Source: Bugula neritina
Lineage: Eukaryota > Animalia > Bryozoa
NCBI GenBank assembly: GCA_964035545.1
Contig: OZ037766.1
Coordinates: 10,282,722 to 10,346,721, forward strand
Reading direction: 5' to 3'
Length of the DNA: 64,000 nucleotides
The position numbers were made by a program, and so were the translations under genes. Below the pieces are notes generated by a model that searched no databases, was not told the DNA's origin, and worked only from the letters and a program-made list of their open reading frames with translations. Positions 42,876 through 58,438 of this stretch are shown here, piece by piece (positions within the stretch are counted from its first letter, which is position 1; each line of letters opens with the position of its first letter).

Positions 42876-43429
42876 TTAGCATGAGGTCAATTTACTGATG
42901 GTAAATGTAGTTTATAGAAACAAAAACATGATCTTTTAGTTTTCATATTTTGTTAGTTAGCTAGATGATGACTACTAAAAATATTCTAACTTGTCATGGC
43001 AAGCACTACTATTGGAAATTATTTATACCAACAGCTGCTGCACATATATTGACTAATAATGCTCTCTATTTATGTTCAGCAATGACATTGTGTAATGCTT
43101 GGAATAATGCAATGTTTGTTATTCCTAAGTTACGTAGAACCTCTGATTTCAATCCACACAACATTCCATTACGTATTGGCAACAACATTAATTTCGTTCA
43201 AGATGTGGTTCACGGTGCTCTACCCTGGGCTGTTAAGGAGACAAAGTTTGAATTACTGTATATGCCCCAAACAAATAAAATGATGCAACCTTGCCAATTT
43301 TCTACAATATATCATTATCTAGAAAAAATTTATGTTTTTAAAATGCACAAGTGGGCTAAAATAAAATAAACAGCCCATAACATACTCATTTATTTAAAAC
43401 TAGATCACACTACAATTTATACAATAAAC

Positions 43430-44260
43430 TACATAACTAATAGTAATAACTATAAGTACTAATAACTAACATCTACACAGTAAATACTTTGTAAGTAACA
43501 GTAAAATTATTTTCAAAAGTAAGACTAAGAAGAAATTGATACAAGTCTGATACTCAAGTTAGACAAGATTATGAAATTGAGCAAAAAGTAAAATGTAAAA
43601 TTGATACTTTATACCATTAAACTTAGTAATACGAATGGTGCATTATTAGAACAATATGGCTTATATTTTCATAATAGTACATGTAGAGCAAGACTAAGAC
43701 TACGAGAATGAACAAGTTCAAGTTATTACTTCATAATTGTCACCATCATGATGATAATCATACTTTCATAGTAATAGTGATAGTCTATTGCTACTAGACC
43801 TAACACTATGGGTATCAGTATGGTTATCACTGTGACTATAAGTATAATGAGACTGAGAGCATACAGTCTACAGCTTATAAATATAAGCACAAGTATACTA
43901 TTATATTTAATTTTACAAATATGACTTATTATTAATACTAAATCTAGAATCTAGAACTAGAAGCTTTAGTCAGTACACCTAGTCCTAGTCCAGGAAATAT
44001 CAGGTTAATTTGAATTATCAAAATGAATGTGATACTGATACAATGTCACTGACAAAAAAATTGAATGAATGATGCCGAAAGTAACTATCACTAGCCTTAC
44101 TAGCACTACTAGCACTACCACTACTACTACTAGTAACACTAACTAGCCCTACTCCTAGGGATTTGTCCAACAGTAACAATACCAATATCACTTTCAATAT
44201 AAATATGAATATAATTATAATACTTAATAGTGAAGATGAATAATATTAATTCCTAACTCT
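43430..44260. repeat. Degenerate 6-bp/3-bp-periodic simple sequence upstream of the CANT1 coding exon
   Basis: Runs such as gataatcatactttcatagtaatagtgatagt, actact and tagact/taagac. Confidence 0.75.
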
Positions 44261-44447
44261 AAGACTAGTTACCTCCAGTTACCTCCAGATTACGATCATG
44301 CTAGACCACTAGGTAGCAGAAGCGGCATGCCTCATATGTTTATGGTTGGTCAGAAAGTAAAATGCATACAATAGTCCATAAATTGGTTGCAGTGTGTGTT
44401 GCAATATTGTTTATTAGTACAGGTAAGTTAACCTGTCAATGTTTAGA

Positions 44448-47222
44448 TTATTCTGTGTGTAAATTAGTCTTGCAAAGATTGTTCCCTTTAAGGTCACGGA
44501 TTGTTCGTGGCAAGAAGCTGTTATAATAGCAGTTATTATTGGTGCTGACTGATCTTGGCTGTCCTAGTGTTTGGGCTCTAGTTTGGATAAAACTTTCCGG
44601 GGTATTTATTAGTTCGTCATACGCTGCAGAGAGTGCTGGGTGATATTCTTCCTTTTGGAGTATCCTCATAAGGAGTCTTAGCCGTTGAGTTCTTCTTCTT
44701 TCATCGAGGGCGGCCAGCTCCAGTCTTTCTTTTGCTTCTCGCACTCCTCTTCTACCCTTGATGTTAGCTATGGCTCTCACTGCCCGTGTTTGTACCTCTT
44801 CGATGGAATTTATTTCTTTTGTAGTATAGGGGTCCCAAACAGCAGAAGCATAGTCTAGGTGAGGAAGGCATAGGGATTTGTAAGCCATGAGTCTCACTTT
44901 TTCGGGGGCCCAGTGCAAAGCCCTTTTGATCATCCCCAGTTGTTTGTTTGCTAGCAATATTTTGCTCTGGATATGATTATCAAACTTCAGGTTGGCCTGT
45001 AGAGTCACTCCGAGGTATGTTGATTTGTCCACCTGTTCTAGAACTGTGCCATTTAACGTGTAGTGTGCTGGTATATCTTGCTCTTTGAATGCCATAATTT
45101 TGCTCTTTTTAACATTGAACTCCATACCCCACTTTGAAGCCCAACTTCCTGCTGCATCTATGTTCCTTTGAAACCTTAGTCTGTCTTGGTCATCTGAGAC
45201 AGGCTGGTAGAGGAGGGTGTCATCTGCGAAGAGACCAACTTCACAATCAACACAGTCAGGGAGATCATTTATGAACACGAGAAACAGTATGGGGCCGAGT
45301 ACAGAGCCCTGAGGTACCCCAGACGTCACTGGCAGTGGTTCTGACTTTTTGCCATCGAGTACGACCCTCTGAGATCGGTTTAGGAGGAAGTTGTGTACCC
45401 ATCCGAGCAGATAGTCTTCCATTGGTGCAATTGTTCGTAGTTTCTCCATTAGAAGGGCATGGGGGACCCGGTCAAATGCTTTTGTAAAATCTAGGACTGC
45501 TGCGTGAACAGCCTTATGTTTATCGACATAGTTCAGTATCTGATGGAGAGTGGCGCATAATTGGGTCTCGCAGGACAAGCCCTGGCGGAAGCCGTGTTGT
45601 CTTGTGCTCAGTACATTGTCAACGTTGGCAAGTATTTTACGTAGGATGAGATGTTCTGCCATTTTACATGGGATGCTAGTGAGTGAGATGGGTCGATAGT
45701 TTTGAGCACAATCCTCTGCACCGCTTTTATGGATAGGGGTCACATACGCCTCTTTCCACTGGGTGGGGAGCTTCTGTTGATTCATAGAGGTTTTGTATAT
45801 GATCGCAAGACAAGCGGATATTAGTGGGAGATCAACCATCAGATCTGCTTTCCTCAGGCCATCTGGACCGGGAGCTTTTCCAGGCTTGAGTTTCTGTATT
45901 AACTTGGCAATACCATTGCTGTCGATATCTGGTGGATTATCTATGTTTGTTGAGTTGGGACCAAGTGATGTCAGTTGGTGCCCACTGTTGAACTGGGAGT
46001 GGAAGAATTTGTTGAAGGTTTCCGCACAGTTTTCTGGATCTGCATTAAGGGTACCATCAGTCATTTTGAGTTTTATGCGATTTTTGTTATTTGAGTTTCC
46101 TTTGAGGTGCCGGTAAAAGGGCTTACTGTTGCCTTCTAGGAGTGGTTGGATGATTTTATTGTGACCATATTCACTTTTTACCATCCTAAAGACTTTCTTA
46201 GCTGTTTTCCGGATTTCCTTGTATTTCGCATAACTGAATAGGTCCCGGTTTGTTTTGTAGTGATTATAGCTTTTCCTCTCTTTACGTGATATCCGTCTAC
46301 ACTCTTTGTTAAACCAAACAGGTTCATTTTTAAGCTTAGACGACAGTACTTTCGTTGGGACATGGTCACATATGGCCTGTTGTAGACTAGATGAAAAATG
46401 ATCCCACATTTCTTGTACATCTTCCAATTCATCTAGGTCATGTTTAGTTCTTTGCATATCTTCCCGGAATTTGTTGATATCTACTCTGTGGTAATCTTTG
46501 ACAGTTTTGGAGGTTACTATATGGTGGTCTTTTGCTTTGTTCCATCGGATATTTGCTTTTATCATGGCGTGATCACTTAGCCCTGGGAAGATTACGTCTT
46601 GGGATGTTAAGTCTTGGGGGGAGTTGGTGCAAAGTAAGTCGAGCGTGTTGCCATGAATGTGGGTTGGTGAGGTTATTAGTTGACTTAGGTTATAGAAGTT
46701 TAACATACATAGGAATGAGTTATGAAGGACCTTATCCTGGGCCTTCAGTTTGGGTTGATAAGTGTGCCAATTAATGTGAGGGAGATTGAAATCCCCGGCT
46801 AAGATGATGTGGTCATTGGGGAACTGTTGAGTTAATAATTCTAGGTTGCTACTCAATATGGATACATCTCTATCATGTGGGGGTCTGTAGTAACATCCGA
46901 CAATTAAGCTCTCCTCTATTCTTACAAATATGATCTCGGCACTAGTTTTATCTTCTATGTTAATTTGGGTAGAGCGCAGGTTGTCATTAATGGCAATTAA
47001 GACCCCACCCCCATTTACATTACGATCCTTTCTGTAGATCCTTTTGTTGTTATAATCAAAGATGGTGTGACTTGGTATCATCTGATTTATGTGTGTCTCA
47101 GTGAGGCAGATTATGTCGGAATTACATGTTTGTGATGATAGTTCAATAGTTTTGCCTTTGAGAGATCTTACATTGGCAAGAAAGAATTTTAAACACTGGT
47201 CTGTTTGGTCATGTATCGCCAT
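44448..47222 (-). CDS. LINE ORF2: APE-like endonuclease + reverse transcriptase (924 aa)
   Basis: EN motifs NVRSL, LTET, YRPP, GDFN, TLDL, SDH. RT motifs KAPGPDG, YRPISLTS, QHGF, DFTKAFD, GVPQGSVLGP, FADD, YLGV. No stops or frameshifts. Confidence 0.97.
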   Translation of the reverse strand: MAIHDQTDQCLKFFLANVRSLKGKTIELSSQTCNSDIICLTETHINQMIPSHTIFDYNNKRIYRKDRNVNGGGVLIAINDNLRSTQINIEDKTSAEIIFVRIEESLIVGCYYRPPHDRDVSILSSNLELLTQQFPNDHIILAGDFNLPHINWHTYQPKLKAQDKVLHNSFLCMLNFYNLSQLITSPTHIHGNTLDLLCTNSPQDLTSQDVIFPGLSDHAMIKANIRWNKAKDHHIVTSKTVKDYHRVDINKFREDMQRTKHDLDELEDVQEMWDHFSSSLQQAICDHVPTKVLSSKLKNEPVWFNKECRRISRKERKSYNHYKTNRDLFSYAKYKEIRKTAKKVFRMVKSEYGHNKIIQPLLEGNSKPFYRHLKGNSNNKNRIKLKMTDGTLNADPENCAETFNKFFHSQFNSGHQLTSLGPNSTNIDNPPDIDSNGIAKLIQKLKPGKAPGPDGLRKADLMVDLPLISACLAIIYKTSMNQQKLPTQWKEAYVTPIHKSGAEDCAQNYRPISLTSIPCKMAEHLILRKILANVDNVLSTRQHGFRQGLSCETQLCATLHQILNYVDKHKAVHAAVLDFTKAFDRVPHALLMEKLRTIAPMEDYLLGWVHNFLLNRSQRVVLDGKKSEPLPVTSGVPQGSVLGPILFLVFINDLPDCVDCEVGLFADDTLLYQPVSDDQDRLRFQRNIDAAGSWASKWGMEFNVKKSKIMAFKEQDIPAHYTLNGTVLEQVDKSTYLGVTLQANLKFDNHIQSKILLANKQLGMIKRALHWAPEKVRLMAYKSLCLPHLDYASAVWDPYTTKEINSIEEVQTRAVRAIANIKGRRGVREAKERLELAALDERRRTQRLRLLMRILQKEEYHPALSAAYDELINTPESFIQTRAQTLGQPRSVSTNNNCYYNSFLPRTIRDLKGNNLCKTNLHTE

Positions 47223-48211
47223 TCCCCCGAAGGAGATTTTGTCTGTATTCTCATATTTCTTATCCGATAGTCAGTTTCTTGGTCAGTGTCACTGTTTTCC
47301 CCTTTCATTCGCTTTATCTCTTGCCGAAGGGCATACTGCTGGTCACGAATCTCTTTGCATTCATCAAGTTTGCAGTAGATCTTGCGTCCACGTAGTGTAG
47401 CATTTGTTCTTTTTAGGAATTCCCACTTTGAATATTCGTCTGGAAATTCTATTTTAATCGGCCTTGGTTTGTTTTTGTCAACTGGTCCTGAGGTCTGTAA
47501 GCGTATTGCTCTTAGGGGTTTCGGAGTTGCATGAAAAGTATCACTCGTCATTAAGTCTTTAATCATCTCCAGTGCGCTTTTACCTTCCTGTTCATCTATG
47601 CCATAAAGAACGGCATTATTTTTCCTGTTTTCAGTCTCCCGTTGTTCAATACTCTTCTTCAGCAGGTTTCGAGCACTGTCGCTGATCTCCATCCCTTTCT
47701 TCAAGTTTTCAGTATTTGACTTTGCAGCGTCGGCATATGATTTCTCTAGTTTTGTCATTCTTTCTTCAAGGGCAGTGTTTGTTGCTCCAATCTTTGCATT
47801 AAGTTGTTGCATTATGTCTTCAATTTTATTAAGCTTTCTTGAGTGGGTGCTGTGAAGCGCAAGAGAGTCTTCACCATTGTTGTTCACCCTGTCTCGGCCT
47901 TGAAGAGAAGCTTCAATGACTGGAAGGCATGTGTTGCAGAACCATTTCACATTCTTTTCATCCATTTTGTCTAGCGTAGCAACATCTGAATTGGTGAGGC
48001 TTTGGCAGGTACCATGGAACCAATCATCACAAAAATCACATTGGATCCACTTAGCACCAAATTTTTGAGAAAGGCCCCTTGTATTAGTAACATAGCAATC
48101 GACATTGTTACAAGTTTTGCATTCTGGGTTGGTTGAGTCTTTGTTTTTGTCACTTTGAGACTGTTGTGATCCTGGTTGTGGTTGGCTTTGAGTGTTCCGG
48201 GCACCAGCCAT
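47189..48211 (-). CDS. LINE ORF1: PHD finger, coiled coil and RRM-like domain
   Basis: CKTC...WIQCDFCDDWFHGTC...WFCNTC is a C4HC3 PHD finger, followed by a heptad region and RKNNAVLYGI...PRPIKIEF. The first ATG is at 48211 (the ORF track starts at an upstream TTG). It overlaps ORF2 by 34 nt. PHD-bearing ORF1s are known in CR1-like elements. Confidence 0.92.
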   Translation of the reverse strand: MAGARNTQSQPQPGSQQSQSDKNKDSTNPECKTCNNVDCYVTNTRGLSQKFGAKWIQCDFCDDWFHGTCQSLTNSDVATLDKMDEKNVKWFCNTCLPVIEASLQGRDRVNNNGEDSLALHSTHSRKLNKIEDIMQQLNAKIGATNTALEERMTKLEKSYADAAKSNTENLKKGMEISDSARNLLKKSIEQRETENRKNNAVLYGIDEQEGKSALEMIKDLMTSDTFHATPKPLRAIRLQTSGPVDKNKPRPIKIEFPDEYSKWEFLKRTNATLRGRKIYCKLDECKEIRDQQYALRQEIKRMKGENSDTDQETDYRIRNMRIQTKSPSGEWRYMTKQTSV

Positions 48212-48509
48212 CACGGACAACTAGAATCTCGTGTTGTAGTAACAATACAATATAATAATAATTATGTTTATAATTATTATTATTTATAATACTATACTAA
48301 TTCGTAGTATAGTATAGTTATTGGTTTCTAAGATCTAGAGAGCAAAAAGTTACTTTTTGTATGTTTTTGTATGGGGGAAATTTTTTGTATGCTTTGAGTA
48401 TGTTTGGATATGAGGCACGCCTTACCTAAGTGGTGAATTTTGAACCAAATTGGCATAAGAATTTAAATTTTAAATTTTTGCGTCCGCCATCTTCGCGACC
48501 TTGACCTTA

Positions 48510-48950
48510 CTACTAGAGTAAGACTAAAACTAAAAGTCTACAGCAAAAGTCCAAGACTTAGAACTAACTGAGTAACTTTATGTCTAATCAATGATTATCA
48601 TTATTATTGTCATTATCCTTATGATAATGATACTAATTGATACTGATAGAGAACGATAATTGAAAGGTCGCGGTTTGTACAACTACTAGTACTACTACTA
48701 CTACTAGTAGTAGTAGTTGTACAAACCGCGACCTACTGCTACTATTACTGAGTACTAGTACTACTACTAGTTTTATATTTTAACTTTTAAATAATAAATC
48801 TAAGAGAACTCAAATAGAAATAGAATGCCCCTAAAATTTCACCCGTTATTAGTATTACTAATACAGTAATACTTATACTAATACTAATAGTAATATTAAT
48901 AGTAATACTAATACAGTAATAGTAATACTATCGATCATCGTGATACTCAA
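48510..48950. repeat. Degenerate periodic simple sequence between the LINE 5' end and the CANT1/U2AF2 island
   Basis: Runs of gattat/cattat, gatact, actact and aatact/aatagt. Confidence 0.75.
48665..48734. repeat. Perfect 24-bp inverted repeat around an (ACT)n spacer
   Basis: AGGTCGCGGTTTGTACAACTACTA (48665-48688) and its exact reverse complement (48711-48734). Confidence 0.95.
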
Positions 48951-49345
48951 ACTGACTGGCCCTGGATTTGATGACGACGCGGACATAATTTAATAGTTAA
49001 TTTATAGTTAATGCTATAATCACTGAAGTAGAAAACTTTTATAAAATTTTGATTTCACACCTATAATTATAATATTTATTGTTTTGAGGTTTTAGTCCTG
49101 TTCAACGACGTCTAGGCATCAATTTTCTCACCTCCACTAATTTGCGGTGGCCCTTTGCTAATTTGATAATAGCTCACCAGCAAGCCCGCGTTCTACAGCG
49201 GTCGAAGTTTTGCTTAGAAACTGGGCTAACACCGCCATTGACATTCACGAACGCTCTGTGAAAAGGCTTTCCCATTCAGCTCCACCACGTCCACTCACCA
49301 AGGTTTTTTCTTCAGTGAATTTGAGTTTGTAAATAGCCATTGCTT
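48940..49345. promoter_or_regulatory. Putative bidirectional promoter / first-exon island for CANT1 (-) and U2AF2 (+)
   Basis: Complex, CpG-retaining sequence between divergent genes and flanked by periodic repeats. Minus-strand donors TTG|GTGAGT (49298) and CTG|GTGAGC (49177) are present. Confidence 0.5.
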
Positions 49346-49359
49346 AAAATTCTATCTGG

Positions 49360-50640
49360 TGTTATAGTTATGTCAAATCTGTTAGACTTAGTGTTAGTGT
49401 TACACTTTGACTTACTCTTAGAGTTAGTCTTGGAGTTGGTCTCTTAGTCTTACTCTTAGTCTTAGTCTAAGTCTTACTCTTAGTTATTGTGCTTATCTGT
49501 TGATAGTGATACTGATACTGATAGTGATACTGATAATCATAGTAATGGTGTGATACTCATAGTCATAGTGGTAATCATGCTAATACTGGGGTGCAGGTCA
49601 TTTCGTGCACAAGTCGTTTCGTACCCACTTTTTCAGGTCATTTCATACACATCTGATAAGCCGTTTCAATTTCAGTCACATCAGTATAAATTAGCTAAAA
49701 TAGTAAATACATATTTTTATATTTATTTATTGTTTGAAATATGAGTCAATGTCATGCAGTACTGCTCACAAGTGCTTTTCACATCTCATTTCGTTGCATG
49801 CTTATTTTTTATTGTGGTATGTAGATGTTAAGGAGGGGGTACTGCTCTTTTGGTGTAGAATTTAGATATTGTTGTCATTAAATGGCAGCACATAGTTAAT
49901 GAATATGTTTTTGTTTCAAAAACATGCTGGGAAGAAATAAATAAATAAACTAGTATCCTTCATGTAGTTATCCAGTGGATTATTTTTTATTCATTTTGTG
50001 TACGAAATAGACAGCAATTTATGTATGAAATGACTGTTTTGTATACGAAACGACTTGTGTTCGAAACGACAGTAGCCCCTGATACTAATATGTGATACTG
50101 ATAGTCATAGTCAATAACAATGAATATATAATTCAATATGAATATTATTTAATTGTGATACTCATACTGATACTCACTCTCAGTCTCACACTGACAGTGA
50201 CACTGAATTATTCATACTGATGTTGATAGTGATAACCACACTGTAATACTCATACTGATACTGGGATACTTGTTTTGGTTGTCATTGTGATTGTCGCTGA
50301 ATCATTGTGGTTGAGAACATTCACAGTGACAGTGAGTGTGACACTAAACAGTAAAAGTAAAAGCGCTAGAGCTGTAACTATAATCATCATTCATTATTGG
50401 CAATTACAATGAATTTCAATGACAATGTAATTAAAAATAATTGCCAATTGAAAGAAAGTTGATGATAGTCATAGTTATACTAATAATTAATGTTATAGTA
50501 ATACTAGTAGTAGTACGATAACTAATTTAAATTACTAATTTCATTGAATTGGTATTTTATTGAAAAGACCAGTAGGTTCTAAATGATAACGCTGATATTG
50601 AGTTTTAGTTAGTAACTATCACAGTTACAATTACTTATTA
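49360..50640. repeat. Degenerate 6-bp-periodic simple sequence upstream of U2AF2, interrupted by a MITE
   Basis: tcttag/tcttac runs, then gatagtgatactgatactgatagt and catact/gacact. It generates the spurious ORF 49487-49744. Confidence 0.8.
49588..50078. mobile_element. MITE with imperfect TIRs and subterminal GTC(A/G)TTTC(G/A) repeats; superfamily uncertain, possibly MULE-like
   Basis: Left end GGGGTGCAGGTCATTTCGTGCACAAGTCGTTTCGTAC versus reverse complement of the right end GGGCTACTGTCGTTTCGAACACAAGTCGTTTCGTAT. Candidate 8-bp TSD ctaatact / ctgatact. Confidence 0.75.
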
Positions 50641-51719
50641 CTGTTGTATCAGCACGAATGCTGTATGGTACGGGTGTCTATGCTTTGTGCACAGATGATG
50701 CATGATGACTCAAGTATTGTTTATTGTCTACAGTATATATTTCCATATACAAAACTGTAATAATTTTTTGCTCAATAAATTGCATATCTTGATCTTCATA
50801 CAAAATACAACTGTGAGTGAGTGAATACAGCTTACTTTTCTCCTTCACTTCTTGAGCTACACTGATTCATCCTATAACATTGATAGCTAACAAACAAAAA
50901 GCTTTTCCCTTAAAATTTCATCAAAATGCTCCGGCTACAATTCTTAGTAATAGCTAATGCGTAACTATTATTAGTAATTAATAATTTTTAATATTTGTAT
51001 TAAAATAATTATCATAATTTATTGTATGTTTTTAACAAAGTATCTGTTTTAATTTCTAAGATATTCATATTGATATATTGTAATTGCTAGTTATTGTATA
51101 ATAATAATAAAGTATAGTCATATAGGCTACTGATACTGGTATGCCTATTAATTGAAAATAAATATTAAAGTTCTAAAAAATAGTAAAAAAACATTGCAGT
51201 AGAAGTTCAGGTTGTGCCACAGTTTTTGACCATTCCCACTGCAAGTGTGGTGCTGATGGTAATTATTTGTTATTGGTAGTGTCATTGCATGCATTGGGTT
51301 TAACATTGGGCTGGGTGTCACTAACCAGTAATGGATATGGCTTACTTGGCATACAATGTTAAACTCACTGTTACTGATTGACTCACGAACTCAATCATAT
51401 TAGTGGATCAATTATGCATACTGTTAGATCATCACTTCATTTAATTCTAAGTTATTTTGTATGAACAAACATTGACTTGGCTTTATTATGCATCTAATTG
51501 ACTTTGACCCAGCTCTGAAGCAAGCTGTGCATTAACCATAAACTGGTTACGATGGACGCTTAGTAACACTTCCAATGTCTAACTGAAAGCACAGCAATGC
51601 GAGATATTGAGAAAGACTGCAATGTAGGTCAGCCAGTTCTAGCCTTTATATGTTTTCAGCCTCTTAGTGTTATTCAGGTTTTTTACTTACTTGATGCAAG
51701 ACCAAGTTTCGGTGTAAAA

Positions 51720-57817
<6,098 letters not shown>

Positions 57818-58438
57818 TCAACAAAAATGTTGCGAGTTAATTTTACTAACCTGTATGTAGAAACTTCAAACTTTATACCTGTACAGCTGTACTTATATTT
57901 ACATGTGTTGAAAATAAACTGAATGACTTTGTTAAACAATATGCTGCAATAAATAATAAACTGTGTATGTTGATAAATGTGTATGTGACAGTTTATTTGG
58001 GTTTCAGATAAAAATGTGAATTCATAATTAGAATCTTATCACTTCTGTAGCTAAAAGCAGCTGCCTTGTTCAAGCCCTGAAATCTCGCTTGAGATTTGCT
58101 CAAGCTATTTATAGCATGATGCTATAGATGCCGTAAAACTAAGATATTTAATATGTATATAGAAAGACAAAAGCTGCTAAGATAAATTATACTTTTCTGA
58201 ACATAATGCAGAATTTCTTTTTGCAGTATGTATTATATTGAATAGACAAAAAGTCTTAATCTTTTTAAGATGCAAAACATAACTACAGTTTGGAACACAA
58301 TTAGTGTAAACATTTTTACTTTAACAGTTCTAAAATTATGATAAGTTTGTTATAAAGCTGCTCAGAAACTTAGACTTTGTTGAAGGAGAATAATTGTGTT
58401 ATTGTGACAGTTCACGTCCATAAGGGCTGTTACATGCT

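Larger units (their letters stand above)
44268..48518 (-). mobile_element. Apparently full-length, intact CR1-group non-LTR retrotransposon (LINE)
   Basis: Two overlapping intact ORFs. The 3' end is a short tandem repeat (CTGGAGGTAA)x2, as in CR1-type tails. The 5' region has a YY1-like AAGATGGCGG (48493-48484). A candidate TSD TAAGACTA lies at 44260-44267 and 48519-48526, but the motif is common locally, so the boundaries are tentative. Confidence 0.9.

Noticed and set aside
42965-43369. 134-aa plus-strand ORF
   Set aside because: No recognisable domain, intron-like composition and antisense to CANT1. Probably a chance ORF.
45793-47400. Plus-strand ORFs inside the LINE, and similar antisense ORFs over exons elsewhere
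   Set aside because: They are shadow frames of real coding sequence on the opposite strand.
44305-48434. Treating the complementary arms as DNA-transposon TIRs or DIRS-type inverted repeats
   Set aside because: The arms are subterminal and interrupted by an asymmetric loop. The element encodes EN-RT with a tandem-repeat tail and no transposase or tyrosine recombinase, so RNA-level pairing fits better.
49085-49330. RNase P/MRP or telomerase RNA
   Set aside because: No convincing P4 pseudoknot pairing and no CUAACCCU-type template.
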